From Eledone cirrhosa (Eukaryota): a DNA stretch of 64,000 nt. The notes beneath the pieces were generated by a model. That model was not told where the DNA came from. It saw only the letters and a program-made list of their open reading frames with translations, and did not search any database. Positions 42,301-57,300 of this stretch are shown piece after piece. The stretch lies in assembly GCA_964016885.1 (NCBI GenBank), contig OZ024753.1:23250001-23314000 (forward strand), in the 5' to 3' direction. Position 1 is the stretch's first letter; every line of letters begins with the position of its first letter. The translations under genes were made by a program, and so were the position numbers.

Positions 42301-45300
42301 CAAAACCCACTCTTTCAATGACAATGTCAAAACCCACTCTTTCAATGACAGTCAAAACCCACTCTTTCAATGACAGTCAAAACCTTCTCTTTCAATGACA
42401 GTCAAAACCTACTCTTTCAATGACAATGTCAAAACCCACTCTTTCAATGACAGTCAAAACCCACTTTTCCAATGACAGTCAAAACCTACTCTTTCAATGA
42501 CAATGTCAAAACCCATTCTTTCAATGACAGTCAAAACCCACTCTTTCAATGACAGTCAAAACCCACTCTTTCAATGACAATGTCAAAACCCACTCTTTCA
42601 ATGACAGTCAAAACCCACTCTTTCAATGACAGTGTCAAAACCCACTCTTTCAATGACAATGTCAAAACCTACTCCTTCAATGACAGCCAAAATCTACTCT
42701 TTCAATGACAGTGTCAAAACCCACTCTTTCAATGACAGTCAAAACACAATCTTTCAATGAGAATCAAAACCCACTCTTTAAATGACAGTCAAAACCTACT
42801 CTTTCAATGACAGCCAAAACCTACTCTTTCAATGACAATGTCAAAACCCACTCTTTCAATGACAGTCAAAACCCACTCTTCCAATGACAGTCAAAACCTA
42901 CTCTTTCAATGACAGTCAAAACCAACACTTTCAATGTCAGGCAAAACCTACTCTTTCAATGACAGTCAAATCCAACTCTTTCAATCACAGTGTCATAACC
43001 CACTCTTTCAATGACAGTCAAAACCCACTATTTCAATGATAATGTCAAACCTACTCTTTCAATGAATGTCAAAACCCACCCTTTCAATGACAATCAAAAC
43101 CCACTCTTTCAATGACAGTCAAAACCCACTCTTTTAATGAGAGTCAAAACCCACTCTTTCAATGACAGTCAAAACCCACTCTTTCAATGACAATGTCAAA
43201 ACCCACTCTTTCAATGACAATCAAAACCCACTCTTTCAATGACAGACAAAATCTACTCTTTCAATGACAATGTCAACACCCACTCTTTCAATGACAGTCA
43301 AAACACACTTCAATGACAATAAAAACCCACTCTTTAAATGACAGTGAAAATCTACTCTTTCAATGACAGTCAAAACCCATTCTTTCAATGACAGTCAAAA
43401 CCCACTCTTTCAATGTCAGGCAAAACCTACTCTTTCAATGAGAGTCAAATCCCACTCTTTCAATCACAGTGTCATAACCCACTCTTTCAATGACAGTCAA
43501 AACCCACTATTTCAATGATAATGTCAAACCTACTCTTTCAATGAATGTCAAAACCCACACTTTCAATGACAATTTCAAAACCTACTCTTTCAATGACAGT
43601 CAAAACCCACTCTTTCAATGACAATCAAATCCCACTCTTTCAATGACAATGTCAAAACCTATCTTTCAATGACAGTCAAATCCCACTCTTTGAATGACAG
43701 TGTCAAAACCCACTCTTTCAATTACAGTCAAAACCCACTCTTTCAATGACAATCTCAACACCCACTATTTCAATGACAATGTCAATACCTACTCTTTCAA
43801 TGTCAGTCAAACCCACTATTTCAATGACAGTCAAAACACACTCTTTCAATGACAGTCAAAACCCACTCTTTCAATGACAGTCAAAAACCCACTCTTTCAA
43901 TGACAGCTAACACCCACTCTTTCATTGACAATGTCAAAACCCACTCTTTCAATGGCAATGTCAAAACCTACTCTTTCAATGACAGCCAAACCCACTCTTT
44001 CAATGTCAGTCAAAACCAACTCTTTCAATGACAGCCAAAACCTACTCTTTCAATGACAATGTCAAAACCCACTCTTTCAATGACAGTCAAAACCCAGTCT
44101 TCCAATGACAGTCAAAACCTACTCTTTCAATGACAGTCAAAACCCATTCTTTCAATGACAGTCAAAACCCACTCTTTCAATGTCAGGCAAAACCTACTCT
44201 TTCAATGACAGTCAAATCCCACTCTTTCAATCACAGTCTCATAACCCACTCTTTCAATGACAGTCAAAACCCACTATTTCAAAGATAATGTCAAACCTAC
44301 TCTTTCAATGAATGTCAAAACCCACTCTTTCAATGACAATGTCAAAACCTACTCTTTCAATGACAGTCAAAACCCACTCTTTCAATGACAATCAAAACCC
44401 ACTCTTTCAATGAGAGGCTAAACCCACTCATTCAATGACAATGTCAAAACCTATCTTTCAATGACAATCAAATCCCACTCTTTGAATGACAGTGTCAAAA
44501 CCCACTCTTTCAATTACAGTCAAAACCCACTCTTTCAATGACAATGTCAATACCCACTCTTTCAATGACAGTGTCAAAACCTACTCTTTCAATAATTCAA
44601 TGACAGTGAAAACCCACTCTTTCAATGACAGTCAAAAACCCACTCTTTCAATGACAGCTAACACCCACTCTTTCATTGACAATGTCAAAACACACTCTTT
44701 CAATGACAGTCAAAACCTACTCTTTCAATGACAGCCAAACCCACTCTTTCAATGACAGTCAAAACCCACTCTTTCAATGACAATGTCAAAACCTACTCTT
44801 TCAATGACAATGTCAAAACCCACTCTTTCAATGATAGTCAAAACCCACTCTTTCAATGACAATAAAAACCCACTCTTTAAATGACAGTCAAAACCTACTC
44901 TTTCAATGACAGTCAAAACCTACTCTTTCAATGACAATGTCAAAACCCACTCTTTCAATGACAGTCAAAACCCACTTTTCCAATGACAGTCAAAACCTAC
45001 TCTTTCAATGACAATGTCAAAACCCATTCTTTCAATGACAGTCAAAACCCACTCTTTCAATGACAGTCAAAACCCACTCTTTCAATGACAATGTCAAAAC
45101 CCACTCTTTCAATGACAGTCAAAACCCACTCTTTCAATGACAGTCAAAACCTACTCATTCAATGACAGTCAAAACCCATTCTTTCAATGACAGTCAAAAC
45201 CCACTCTTTCAATGTCAGGCAAAACCTACTCTTTCAATGACAGTCAAATCCCACTCTTTCAATCACAGTGTCATAACCCACTCTTTCGATGACAGTCAAA

Positions 45301-48300
45301 ACCCACTATTTCAATGATAATGTCAAACCTACTCTTTCAATGAATGTCAAAACCCACTCTTTCAATGACAATGTCAAAACCTACTCTTTCAATGACAGTC
45401 AAAACCCACTCTTTCAATGACAATCAAAACCCACTCTTTCAATGAGAGGCAAAACCCACTCTTTCAATGACAATGTCAAAACCTATCTTTCAATGACAAT
45501 CAAATCCCACTCTTTGAATGACAGTGTCAAAACCCACTCTTTCAATTACAGTCAAAACCCACTCTTTCAATGACAATGTCAAAACCTACTCTTTCAATGA
45601 CAATGTCAAAACCTACTCTTTCAATGACAGCCAAAACCTACTCTTTCAATGACAATGTCAAAATCCGCTCTTTCAATGACAATAAAAACCCACTCTTTAA
45701 ATGACACTCAAAACCTACTCTTTCAATGACAGTCAAAACCTACTCTTTCAATGACAATGTCAAAACACACTCTTTCAATGACAGTCAAAACCCACTTTTC
45801 CAATGACACTCAAAACCTACTCTTTCAATGACAGTCAAAACCTACTCTTTCAATGACAATGTCAAAACCCACTCTTTCAATGACAGTCAAAACCCACTCT
45901 TTCAATGACAATAAAAACCCACTCTTTAAATGACAGTCAAAACCTACTCTTTTAATGACAATGTCAAAACCCACTCTTTCAATGACAGTCAAAACCCACT
46001 TTTCCAATGACAGTCAAAACCTACTCTTTCAATGACAATGTCAAAACCCATTCTTTCAATGACAGTCAAAATCTACTCTTTCAATGACAGTCAAAACCCA
46101 CTCTTTCAATGACAATGTCAAAACCCACTCTTTCAATGACAGTCAAAACCCACTCTTTCAATGACAATGTCAAAACCCACTCTTTCAATGACAATGTCAA
46201 AATCTACTCCTTCAATGACAGCCAAAATCTACTCTTTCAATGACAATGTCAAAACCCACTCTTTCAATGACAGTCAAAACACACTCTTTCAATGACAATC
46301 AAAACCCACTCTTTAAATGACAGTGAAAACCTACTCTTTCAATGACAGCCAAAACCTACTCTTTCAATGACAATGTCAAAACCCACTCTTTCAATGACAG
46401 TCAAAACCCACTCTTCCAATGACAGTCAAAACCTACTCATTCAATGACAGTCAAAACCCATTCTTTCAATGACAGTCAAAACCCACTCTTTCAATGTCAG
46501 GCAAAACCTACTCTTTCAATGACAGTCAAATCCCACTCTTTCAATCACAGTGTCATAACCCACTCTTTCGATGACAGTCAAAACCCACTATTTCAATGAT
46601 AATGTCAAACCTACTCTTTCAATGAATGTCAAAACCCACTCTTTCAATGACAATGTCAAAACCTACTCTTTCAATGACAGTCAAAACCCACTCTTTCAAT
46701 GACAATCAAAACCCACTCTTTCAATGAGAGGCAAAACCCACTCTTTCAATGACAATGTCAAAACCTATCTTTCAATGACAATCAAATCCCACTCTTTGAA
46801 TGACAGTGTCAAAACCCACTCTTTCAATTACAGTCAAAACCCACTCTTTCAATGACAATGTCAAAACCTACTCTTTCAATAATTCAATGACAGTCAAAAC
46901 CCACTCTTTCAATGACAGTCAAAAACCCACTCTTTCAATGACAGCTAACACCCACTTTTTCATTGACAATGTCAAAACCCACTCTTTCAATGACAATGTC
47001 AAAAGCTACCCCTTTCAATGACAGTCAAAACCCACTCTTTCAATGACAGTCAAAACCTTCTCTTTCAATGACAGCCAAACCCACTCTTTCAATGACAGTC
47101 AAAACCCACTCTTTCAATGACAATGTCAAAACCTACTCTTTCAATGACAATGTCAAAACCCACTCTTTCAATGATAGTCAAAACCCACTCTTTCAATGAC
47201 AGTCAAAACCCACTCTTTCAATGACAATGTCAAAACCCACTCTTTCAATGACAGTCAAAACCCACTCTTTCAATGACAGTCAAAACCTTCTCTTTCAATG
47301 ACAGTCAAAACCTACTCTTTCAATGACAATGTCAAAACCCACTCTTTCAATGACAGTCAAAACCCACTTTTCCAATGACAGTCAAAACCTACTCTTTCAA
47401 TGACAATGTCAAAACCCATTCTTTCAATGACAGTCAAAACCCACTCTTTCAATGACAGTCAAAACCCACTCTTTCAATGACAATGTCAAAACCCACTCTT
47501 TCAATGACAGTCAAAACCCACTCTTTCAATGACAGTGTCAAAACCCACTCTTTCAATGACAATGTCAAAACCTACTCCTTCAATGACAGCCAAAATCTAC
47601 TCTTTCAATGACAGTGTCAAAACCCACTCTTTCAATGACAGTCAAAACACAATCTTTCAATGAGAATCAAAACCCACTCTTTAAATGACAGTCAAAACCT
47701 ACTCTTTCAATGACAGCCAAAACCTACTCTTTCAATGACAATGTCAAAACCCACTCTTTCAATGACAGTCAAAACCCACTCTTCCAATGACAGTCAAAAC
47801 CTACTCTTTCAATGACAGTCAAAACCAACACTTTCAATGTCAGGCAAAACCTACTCTTTCAATGACAGTCAAATCCAACTCTTTCAATCACAGTGTCATA
47901 ACCCACTCTTTCAATGACAGTCAAAACCCACTATTTCAATGATAATGTCAAACCTACTCTTTCAATGAATGTCAAAACCCACCCTTTCAATGACAATCAA
48001 AACCCACTCTTTCAATGACAGTCAAAACCCACTCTTTTAATGAGAGTCAAAACCCACTCTTTCAATGACAGTCAAAACCCACTCTTTCAATGACAATGTC
48101 AAAACCCACTCTTTCAATGACAATCAAAACCCACTCTTTCAATGACAGACAAAATCTACTCTTTCAATGACAATGTCAACACCCACTCTTTCAATGACAG
48201 TCAAAACACACTTCAATGACAATAAAAACCCACTCTTTAAATGACAGTGAAAATCTACTCTTTCAATGACAGTCAAAACCCATTCTTTCAATGACAGTCA

Positions 48301-51300
48301 AAACCCACTCTTTCAATGTCAGGCAAAACCTACTCTTTCAATGAGAGTCAAATCCCACTCTTTCAATCACAGTGTCATAACCCACTCTTTCAATGACAGT
48401 CAAAACCCACTATTTCAATGATAATGTCAAACCTACTCTTTCAATGAATGTCAAAACCCACACTTTCAATGACAATTTCAAAACCTACTCTTTCAATGAC
48501 AGTCAAAACCCACTCTTTCAATGACAATCAAATCCCACTCTTTCAATGACAATGTCAAAACCTATCTTTCAATGACAGTCAAATCCCACTCTTTGAATGA
48601 CAGTGTCAAAACCCACTCTTTCAATTACAGTCAAAACCCACTCTTTCAATGACAATCTCAACACCCACTATTTCAATGACAATGTCAATACCTACTCTTT
48701 CAATGTCAGTCAAACCCACTATTTCAATGACAGTCAAAACACACTCTTTCAATGACAGTCAAAACCCACTCTTTCAATGACAGTCAAAAACCCACTCTTT
48801 CAATGACAGCTAACACCCACTCTTTCATTGACAATGTCAAAACCCACTCTTTCAATGGCAATGTCAAAACCTACTCTTTCAATGACAGCCAAACCCACTC
48901 TTTCAATGTCAGTCAAAACCAACTCTTTCAATGACAGCCAAAACCTACTCTTTCAATGACAATGTCAAAACCCACTCTTTCAATGACAGTCAAAACCCAG
49001 TCTTCCAATGACAGTCAAAACCTACTCTTTCAATGACAGTCAAAACCCATTCTTTCAATGACAGTCAAAACCCACTCTTTCAATGTCAGGCAAAACCTAC
49101 TCTTTCAATGACAGTCAAATCCCACTCTTTCAATCACAGTCTCATAACCCACTCTTTCAATGACAGTCAAAACCCACTATTTCAAAGATAATGTCAAACC
49201 TACTCTTTCAATGAATGTCAAAACCCACTCTTTCAATGACAATGTCAAAACCTACTCTTTCAATGACAGTCAAAACCCACTCTTTCAATGACAATCAAAA
49301 CCCACTCTTTCAATGAGAGGCTAAACCCACTCATTCAATGACAATGTCAAAACCTATCTTTCAATGACAATCAAATCCCACTCTTTGAATGACAGTGTCA
49401 AAACCCACTCTTTCAATTACAGTCAAAACCCACTCTTTCAATGACAATGTCAATACCCACTCTTTCAATGACAGTGTCAAAACCTACTCTTTCAATAATT
49501 CAATGACAGTGAAAACCCACTCTTTCAATGACAGTCAAAAACCCACTCTTTCAATGACAGCTAACACCCACTCTTTCATTGACAATGTCAAAACACACTC
49601 TTTCAATGACAGTCAAAACCTACTCTTTCAATGACAGCCAAACCCACTCTTTCAATGACAGTCAAAACCCACTCTTTCAATGACAATGTCAAAACCTACT
49701 CTTTCAATGACAATGTCAAAACCCACTCTTTCAATGATAGTCAAAACCCACTCTTTCAATGACAATAAAAACCCACTCTTTAAATGACAGTCAAAACCTA
49801 CTCTTTCAATGACAGTCAAAACCTACTCTTTCAATGACAATGTCAAAACCCACTCTTTCAATGACAGTCAAAACCCACTTTTCCAATGACAGTCAAAACC
49901 TACTCTTTCAATGACAATGTCAAAACCCATTCTTTCAATGACAGTCAAAACCCACTCTTTCAATGACAGTCAAAACCCACTCTTTCAATGACAATGTCAA
50001 AACCCACTCTTTCAATGACAGTCAAAACCCACTCTTTCAATGACAGTGTCAAAACCCACTCTTTCAATGACAATGTCAAAACCTACTCCTTCAATGACAG
50101 CCAAAATCTACTCTTTCAATGACAGTGTCAAAACCCACTCTTTCAATGACAGTCAAAACACAATCTTTCAATGAGAATCAAAACCCACTCTTTAAATGAC
50201 AGTCAAAACCTACTCTTTCAATGACAGCCAAAACCTACTCTTTCAATGACAGTTAAAACCCACTCTTCCAATGACAGTCAAAACCTACTCTTTCAATGAC
50301 AATGTCAAAACACACTCTTTCAATGACAGTCAAAACCCACTTTTCCAATGACACTCAAAACCTACTCTTTCAATGACAGTCAAAACCTACTCTTTCAATG
50401 ACAATGTCAAAACCCACTCTTTCAATGACAGTCAAAACCCACTCTTTCAATGACAATAAAAACCCACTCTTTAAATGACAGTCAAAACCTACTCTTTTAA
50501 TGACAATGTCAAAACCCACTCTTTCAATGACAGTCAAAACCCACTTTTCCAATGACAGTCAAAACCTACTCTTTCAATGACAATGTCAAAACCCATTCTT
50601 TCAATGACAGTCAAAATCTACTCTTTCAATGACAGTCAAAACCCACTCTTTCAATGTCAGGCAAAACCTACTCTTTCAATGACAGTCAAATCCCACTCTT
50701 TCAATCACAGTGTCATAACCCACTCTTTCGATGACAGTCAAAACCCACTATTTCAATGATAATGTCAAACCTACTCTTTCAATGAATGTCAAAACCCACT
50801 CTTTCAATGACAATGTCAAAACCTACTCTTTCAATGACAGTCAAAACCCACTCTTTCAATGACAATCAAAACCCACTCTTTCAATGAGAGGCAAAACCCA
50901 CTCTTTCAATGACAATGTCAAAACCTATCTTTCAATGACAATCAAATCCCACTCTTTGAATGACAGTGTCAAAACCCACTCTTTCAATTACAGTCAAAAC
51001 CCACTCTTTCAATGACAATGTCAAAACCTACTCTTTCAATAATTCAATGACAGTCAAAACCCACTCTTTCAATGACAGTCAAAAACCCACTCTTTCAATG
51101 ACAGCTAACACCCACTCTTTCATTGACAATGTCAAAACCCACTCTTTCAATGACAATGTCAAAAGCTACCCCTTTCAATGACAGTCAAAACCCACTCTTT
51201 CAATGACAGTCAAAACCTTCTCTTTCAATGACAGCCAAACCCACTCTTTCAATGACAGTCAAAACCCACTCTTTCAATGACAATGTCAAAACCTACTCTT

Positions 51301-54300
51301 TCAATGACAATGTCAAAACCCACTCTTTCAATGATAGTCAAAACCCACTCTTTCAATGACAGTCAAAACCCACTCTTTCAATGACAATGTCAAAACCCAC
51401 TCTTTCAATGACAGTCAAAACCCACTCTTTCAATGACAGTCAAAACCTTCTCTTTCAATGACAGTCAAAACCTACTCTTTCAATGACAATGTCAAAACCC
51501 ACTCTTTCAATGACAGTCAAAACCCACTTTTCCAATGACAGTCAAAACCTACTCTTTCAATGACAATGTCAAAACCCATTCTTTCAATGACAGTCAAAAC
51601 CCACTCTTTCAATGACAGTCAAAACCCACTCTTTCAATGACAATGTCAAAACCCACTCTTTCAATGACAGTCAAAACCCACTCTTTCAATGACAGTGTCA
51701 AAACCCACTCTTTCAATGACAATGTCAAAACCTACTCCTTCAATGACAGCCAAAATCTACTCTTTCAATGACAGTGTCAAAACCCACTCTTTCAATGACA
51801 GTCAAAACACAATCTTTCAATGAGAATCAAAACCCACTCTTTAAATGACAGTCAAAACCTACTCTTTCAATGACAGCCAAAACCTACTCTTTCAATGACA
51901 ATGTCAAAACCCACTCTTTCAATGACAGTCAAAACCCACTCTTCCAATGACAGTCAAAACCTACTCTTTCAATGACAGTCAAAACCAACACTTTCAATGT
52001 CAGGCAAAACCTACTCTTTCAATGACAGTCAAATCCAACTCTTTCAATCACAGTGTCATAACCCACTCTTTCAATGACAGTCAAAACCCACTATTTCAAT
52101 GATAATGTCAAACCTACTCTTTCAATGAATGTCAAAACCCACCCTTTCAATGACAATCAAAACCCACTCTTTCAATGACAGTCAAAACCCACTCTTTTAA
52201 TGAGAGTCAAAACCCACTCTTTCAATGACAGTCAAAACCCACTCTTTCAATGACAATGTCAAAACCCACTCTTTCAATGACAATCAAAACCCACTCTTTC
52301 AATGACAGACAAAATCTACTCTTTCAATGACAATGTCAACACCCACTCTTTCAATGACAGTCAAAACACACTTCAATGACAATAAAAACCCACTCTTTAA
52401 ATGACAGTGAAAATCTACTCTTTCAATGACAGTCAAAACCCATTCTTTCAATGACAGTCAAAACCCACTCTTTCAATGTCAGGCAAAACCTACTCTTTCA
52501 ATGAGAGTCAAATCCCACTCTTTCAATCACAGTGTCATAACCCACTCTTTCAATGACAGTCAAAACCCACTATTTCAATGATAATGTCAAACCTACTCTT
52601 TCAATGAATGTCAAAACCCACACTTTCAATGACAATTTCAAAACCTACTCTTTCAATGACAGTCAAAACCCACTCTTTCAATGACAATCAAATCCCACTC
52701 TTTCAATGACAATGTCAAAACCTATCTTTCAATGACAGTCAAATCCCACTCTTTGAATGACAGTGTCAAAACCCACTCTTTCAATTACAGTCAAAACCCA
52801 CTCTTTCAATGACAATCTCAACACCCACTATTTCAATGACAATGTCAATACCTACTCTTTCAATGTCAGTCAAACCCACTATTTCAATGACAGTCAAAAC
52901 ACACTCTTTCAATGACAGTCAAAACCCACTCTTTCAATGACAGTCAAAAACCCACTCTTTCAATGACAGCTAACACCCACTCTTTCATTGACAATGTCAA
53001 AACCCACTCTTTCAATGGCAATGTCAAAACCTACTCTTTCAATGACAGCCAAACCCACTCTTTCAATGTCAGTCAAAACCAACTCTTTCAATGACAGCCA
53101 AAACCTACTCTTTCAATGACAATGTCAAAACCCACTCTTTCAATGACAGTCAAAACCCAGTCTTCCAATGACAGTCAAAACCTACTCTTTCAATGACAGT
53201 CAAAACCCATTCTTTCAATGACAGTCAAAACCCACTCTTTCAATGTCAGGCAAAACCTACTCTTTCAATGACAGTCAAATCCCACTCTTTCAATCACAGT
53301 CTCATAACCCACTCTTTCAATGACAGTCAAAACCCACTATTTCAAAGATAATGTCAAACCTACTCTTTCAATGAATGTCAAAACCCACTCTTTCAATGAC
53401 AATGTCAAAACCTACTCTTTCAATGACAGTCAAAACCCACTCTTTCAATGACAATCAAAACCCACTCTTTCAATGAGAGGCTAAACCCACTCATTCAATG
53501 ACAATGTCAAAACCTATCTTTCAATGACAATCAAATCCCACTCTTTGAATGACAGTGTCAAAACCCACTCTTTCAATTACAGTCAAAACCCACTCTTTCA
53601 ATGACAATGTCAATACCCACTCTTTCAATGACAGTGTCAAAACCTACTCTTTCAATAATTCAATGACAGTGAAAACCCACTCTTTCAATGACAGTCAAAA
53701 ACCCACTCTTTCAATGACAGCTAACACCCACTCTTTCATTGACAATGTCAAAACACACTCTTTCAATGACAGTCAAAACCTACTCTTTCAATGACAGCCA
53801 AACCCACTCTTTCAATGACAGTCAAAACCCACTCTTTCAATGACAATGTCAAAACCTACTCTTTCAATGACAATGTCAAAACCCACTCTTTCAATGATAG
53901 TCAAAACCCACTCTTTCAATGACAATAAAAACCCACTCTTTAAATGACAGTCAAAACCTACTCTTTCAATGACAGTCAAAACCTACTCTTTCAATGACAA
54001 TGTCAAAACCCACTCTTTCAATGACAGTCAAAACCCACTTTTCCAATGACAGTCAAAACCTACTCTTTCAATGACAATGTCAAAACCCATTCTTTCAATG
54101 ACAGTCAAAACCCACTCTTTCAATGACAGTCAAAACCCACTCTTTCAATGACAATGTCAAAACCCACTCTTTCAATGACAGTCAAAACCCACTCTTTCAA
54201 TGACAGTGTCAAAACCCACTCTTTCAATGACAATGTCAAAACCTACTCCTTCAATGACAGCCAAAATCTACTCTTTCAATGACAGTGTCAAAACCCACTC

Positions 54301-57300
54301 TTTCAATGACAGTCAAAACACAATCTTTCAATGAGAATCAAAACCCACTCTTTAAATGACAGTCAAAACCTACTCTTTCAATGACAGCCAAAACCTACTC
54401 TTTCAATGACAGTTAAAACCCACTCTTCCAATGACAGTCAAAACCTACTCTTTCAATGACAATGTCAAAACACACTCTTTCAATGACAGTCAAAACCCAC
54501 TTTTCCAATGACACTCAAAACCTACTCTTTCAATGACAGTCAAAACCTACTCTTTCAATGACAATGTCAAAACCCACTCTTTCAATGACAGTCAAAACCC
54601 ACTCTTTCAATGACAATAAAAACCCACTCTTTAAATGACAGTCAAAACCTACTCTTTTAATGACAATGTCAAAACCCACTCTTTCAATGACAGTCAAAAC
54701 CCACTTTTCCAATGACAGTCAAAACCTACTCTTTCAATGACAATGTCAAAACCCATTCTTTCAATGACAGTCAAAATCTACTCTTTCAATGACAGTCAAA
54801 ACCCACTCTTTCAATGACAATGTCAAAACCCACTCTTTCAATGACAGTCAAAACCCACTCTTTCAATGACAATGTCAAAACCCACTCTTTCAATGACAAT
54901 GTCAAAATCTACTCCTTCAATGACAGCCAAAATCTACTCTTTCAATGACAATGTCAAAACCCACTCTTTCAATGACAGTCAAAACACACTCTTTCAATGA
55001 CAATCAAAACCCACTCTTTAAATGACAGTGAAAACCTACTCTTTCAATGACAGCCAAAACCTACTCTTTCAATGACAATGTCAAAACCCACTCTTTCAAT
55101 GACAGTCAAAACCCACTCTTCCAATGACAGTCAAAACCTACTCATTCAATGACAGTCAAAACCCATTCTTTCAATGACAGTCAAAACCCACTCTTTCAAT
55201 GTCAGGCAAAACCTACTCTTTCAATGACAGTCAAATCCCACTCTTTCAATCACAGTGTCATAACCCACTCTTTCGATGACAGTCAAAACCCACTATTTCA
55301 ATGATAATGTCAAACCTACTCTTTCAATGAATGTCAAAACCCACTCTTTCAATGACAATGTCAAAACCTACTCTTTCAATGACAGTCAAAACCCACTCTT
55401 TCAATGACAATCAAAACCCACTCTTTCAATGAGAGGCAAAACCCACTCTTTCAATGACAATGTCAAAACCTATCTTTCAATGACAATCAAATCCCACTCT
55501 TTGAATGACAGTGTCAAAACCCACTCTTTCAATTACAGTCAAAACCCACTCTTTCAATGACAATGTCAAAACCTACTCTTTCAATAATTCAATGACAGTC
55601 AAAACCCACTCTTTCAATGACAGTCAAAAACCCACTCTTTCAATGACAGCTAACACCCACTCTTTCATTGACAATGTCAAAACCCACTCTTTCAATGACA
55701 ATGTCAAAAGCTACCCCTTTCAATGACAGTCAAAACCCACTCTTTCAATGACAGTCAAAACCTTCTCTTTCAATGACAGCCAAACCCACTCTTTCAATGA
55801 CAGTCAAAACCCACTCTTTCAATGACAATGTCAAAACCTACTCTTTCAATGACAATGTCAAAACCCACTCTTTCAATGATAGTCAAAACCCACTCTTTCA
55901 ATGACAGTCAAAACCCACTCTTTCAATGACAATGTCAAAACCCACTCTTTCAATGACAGTCAAAACCCACTCTTTCAATGACAGTCAAAACCTTCTCTTT
56001 CAATGACAGTCAAAACCTACTCTTTCAATGACAATGTCAAAACCCACTCTTTCAATGACAGTCAAAACCCACTTTTCCAATGACAGTCAAAACCTACTCT
56101 TTCAATGACAATGTCAAAACCCATTCTTTCAATGACAGTCAAAACCCACTCTTTCAATGACAGTCAAAACCCACTCTTTCAATGACAATGTCAAAACCCA
56201 CTCTTTCAATGACAGTCAAAACCCACTCTTTCAATGACAGTGTCAAAACCCACTCTTTCAATGACAATGTCAAAACCTACTCCTTCAATGACAGCCAAAA
56301 TCTACTCTTTCAATGACAGTGTCAAAACCCACTCTTTCAATGACAGTCAAAACACAATCTTTCAATGAGAATCAAAACCCACTCTTTAAATGACAGTCAA
56401 AACCTACTCTTTCAATGACAGCCAAAACCTACTCTTTCAATGACAATGTCAAAACCCACTCTTTCAATGACAGTCAAAACCCACTCTTCCAATGACAGTC
56501 AAAACCTACTCTTTCAATGACAGTCAAAACCAACACTTTCAATGTCAGGCAAAACCTACTCTTTCAATGACAGTCAAATCCAACTCTTTCAATCACAGTG
56601 TCATAACCCACTCTTTCAATGACAGTCAAAACCCACTATTTCAATGATAATGTCAAACCTACTCTTTCAATGAATGTCAAAACCCACCCTTTCAATGACA
56701 ATCAAAACCCACTCTTTCAATGACAGTCAAAACCCACTCTTTTAATGAGAGTCAAAACCCACTCTTTCAATGACAGTCAAAACCCACTCTTTCAATGACA
56801 ATGTCAAAACCCACTCTTTCAATGACAATCAAAACCCACTCTTTCAATGAAAATGTCAAAACCCACTCTTTCAATGACAATGTCAAACCCTACTCCTTCA
56901 ATGACAGACAAAATCTACTCTTTCAATGACAATGTCAACACCCACTCTTTCAATGACAGTCAAAACACACTTCAATGACAATAAAAACCCACTCTTTAAA
57001 TGACAGTGAAAATCTACTCTTTCAATGACAGTCAAAACCCATTTTTTCAATGACAGTCAAAACCCACTCTTTCAATGTCAGGCAAAACCTACTCTTTCAA
57101 TGAGAGTCAAATCCCACTCTTTCAATCACAGTGTCATAACCCACTCTTTCAATGACAGTCAAAACCCACTATTTCAATGATAATGTCAAACCTACTCTTT
57201 CAATGAATGTCAAAACCCACACTTTCAATGACAATTTCAAAACCTACTCTTTCAATGACAGTCAAAACCCACTCTTTCAATGACAATCAAATCCCACTCT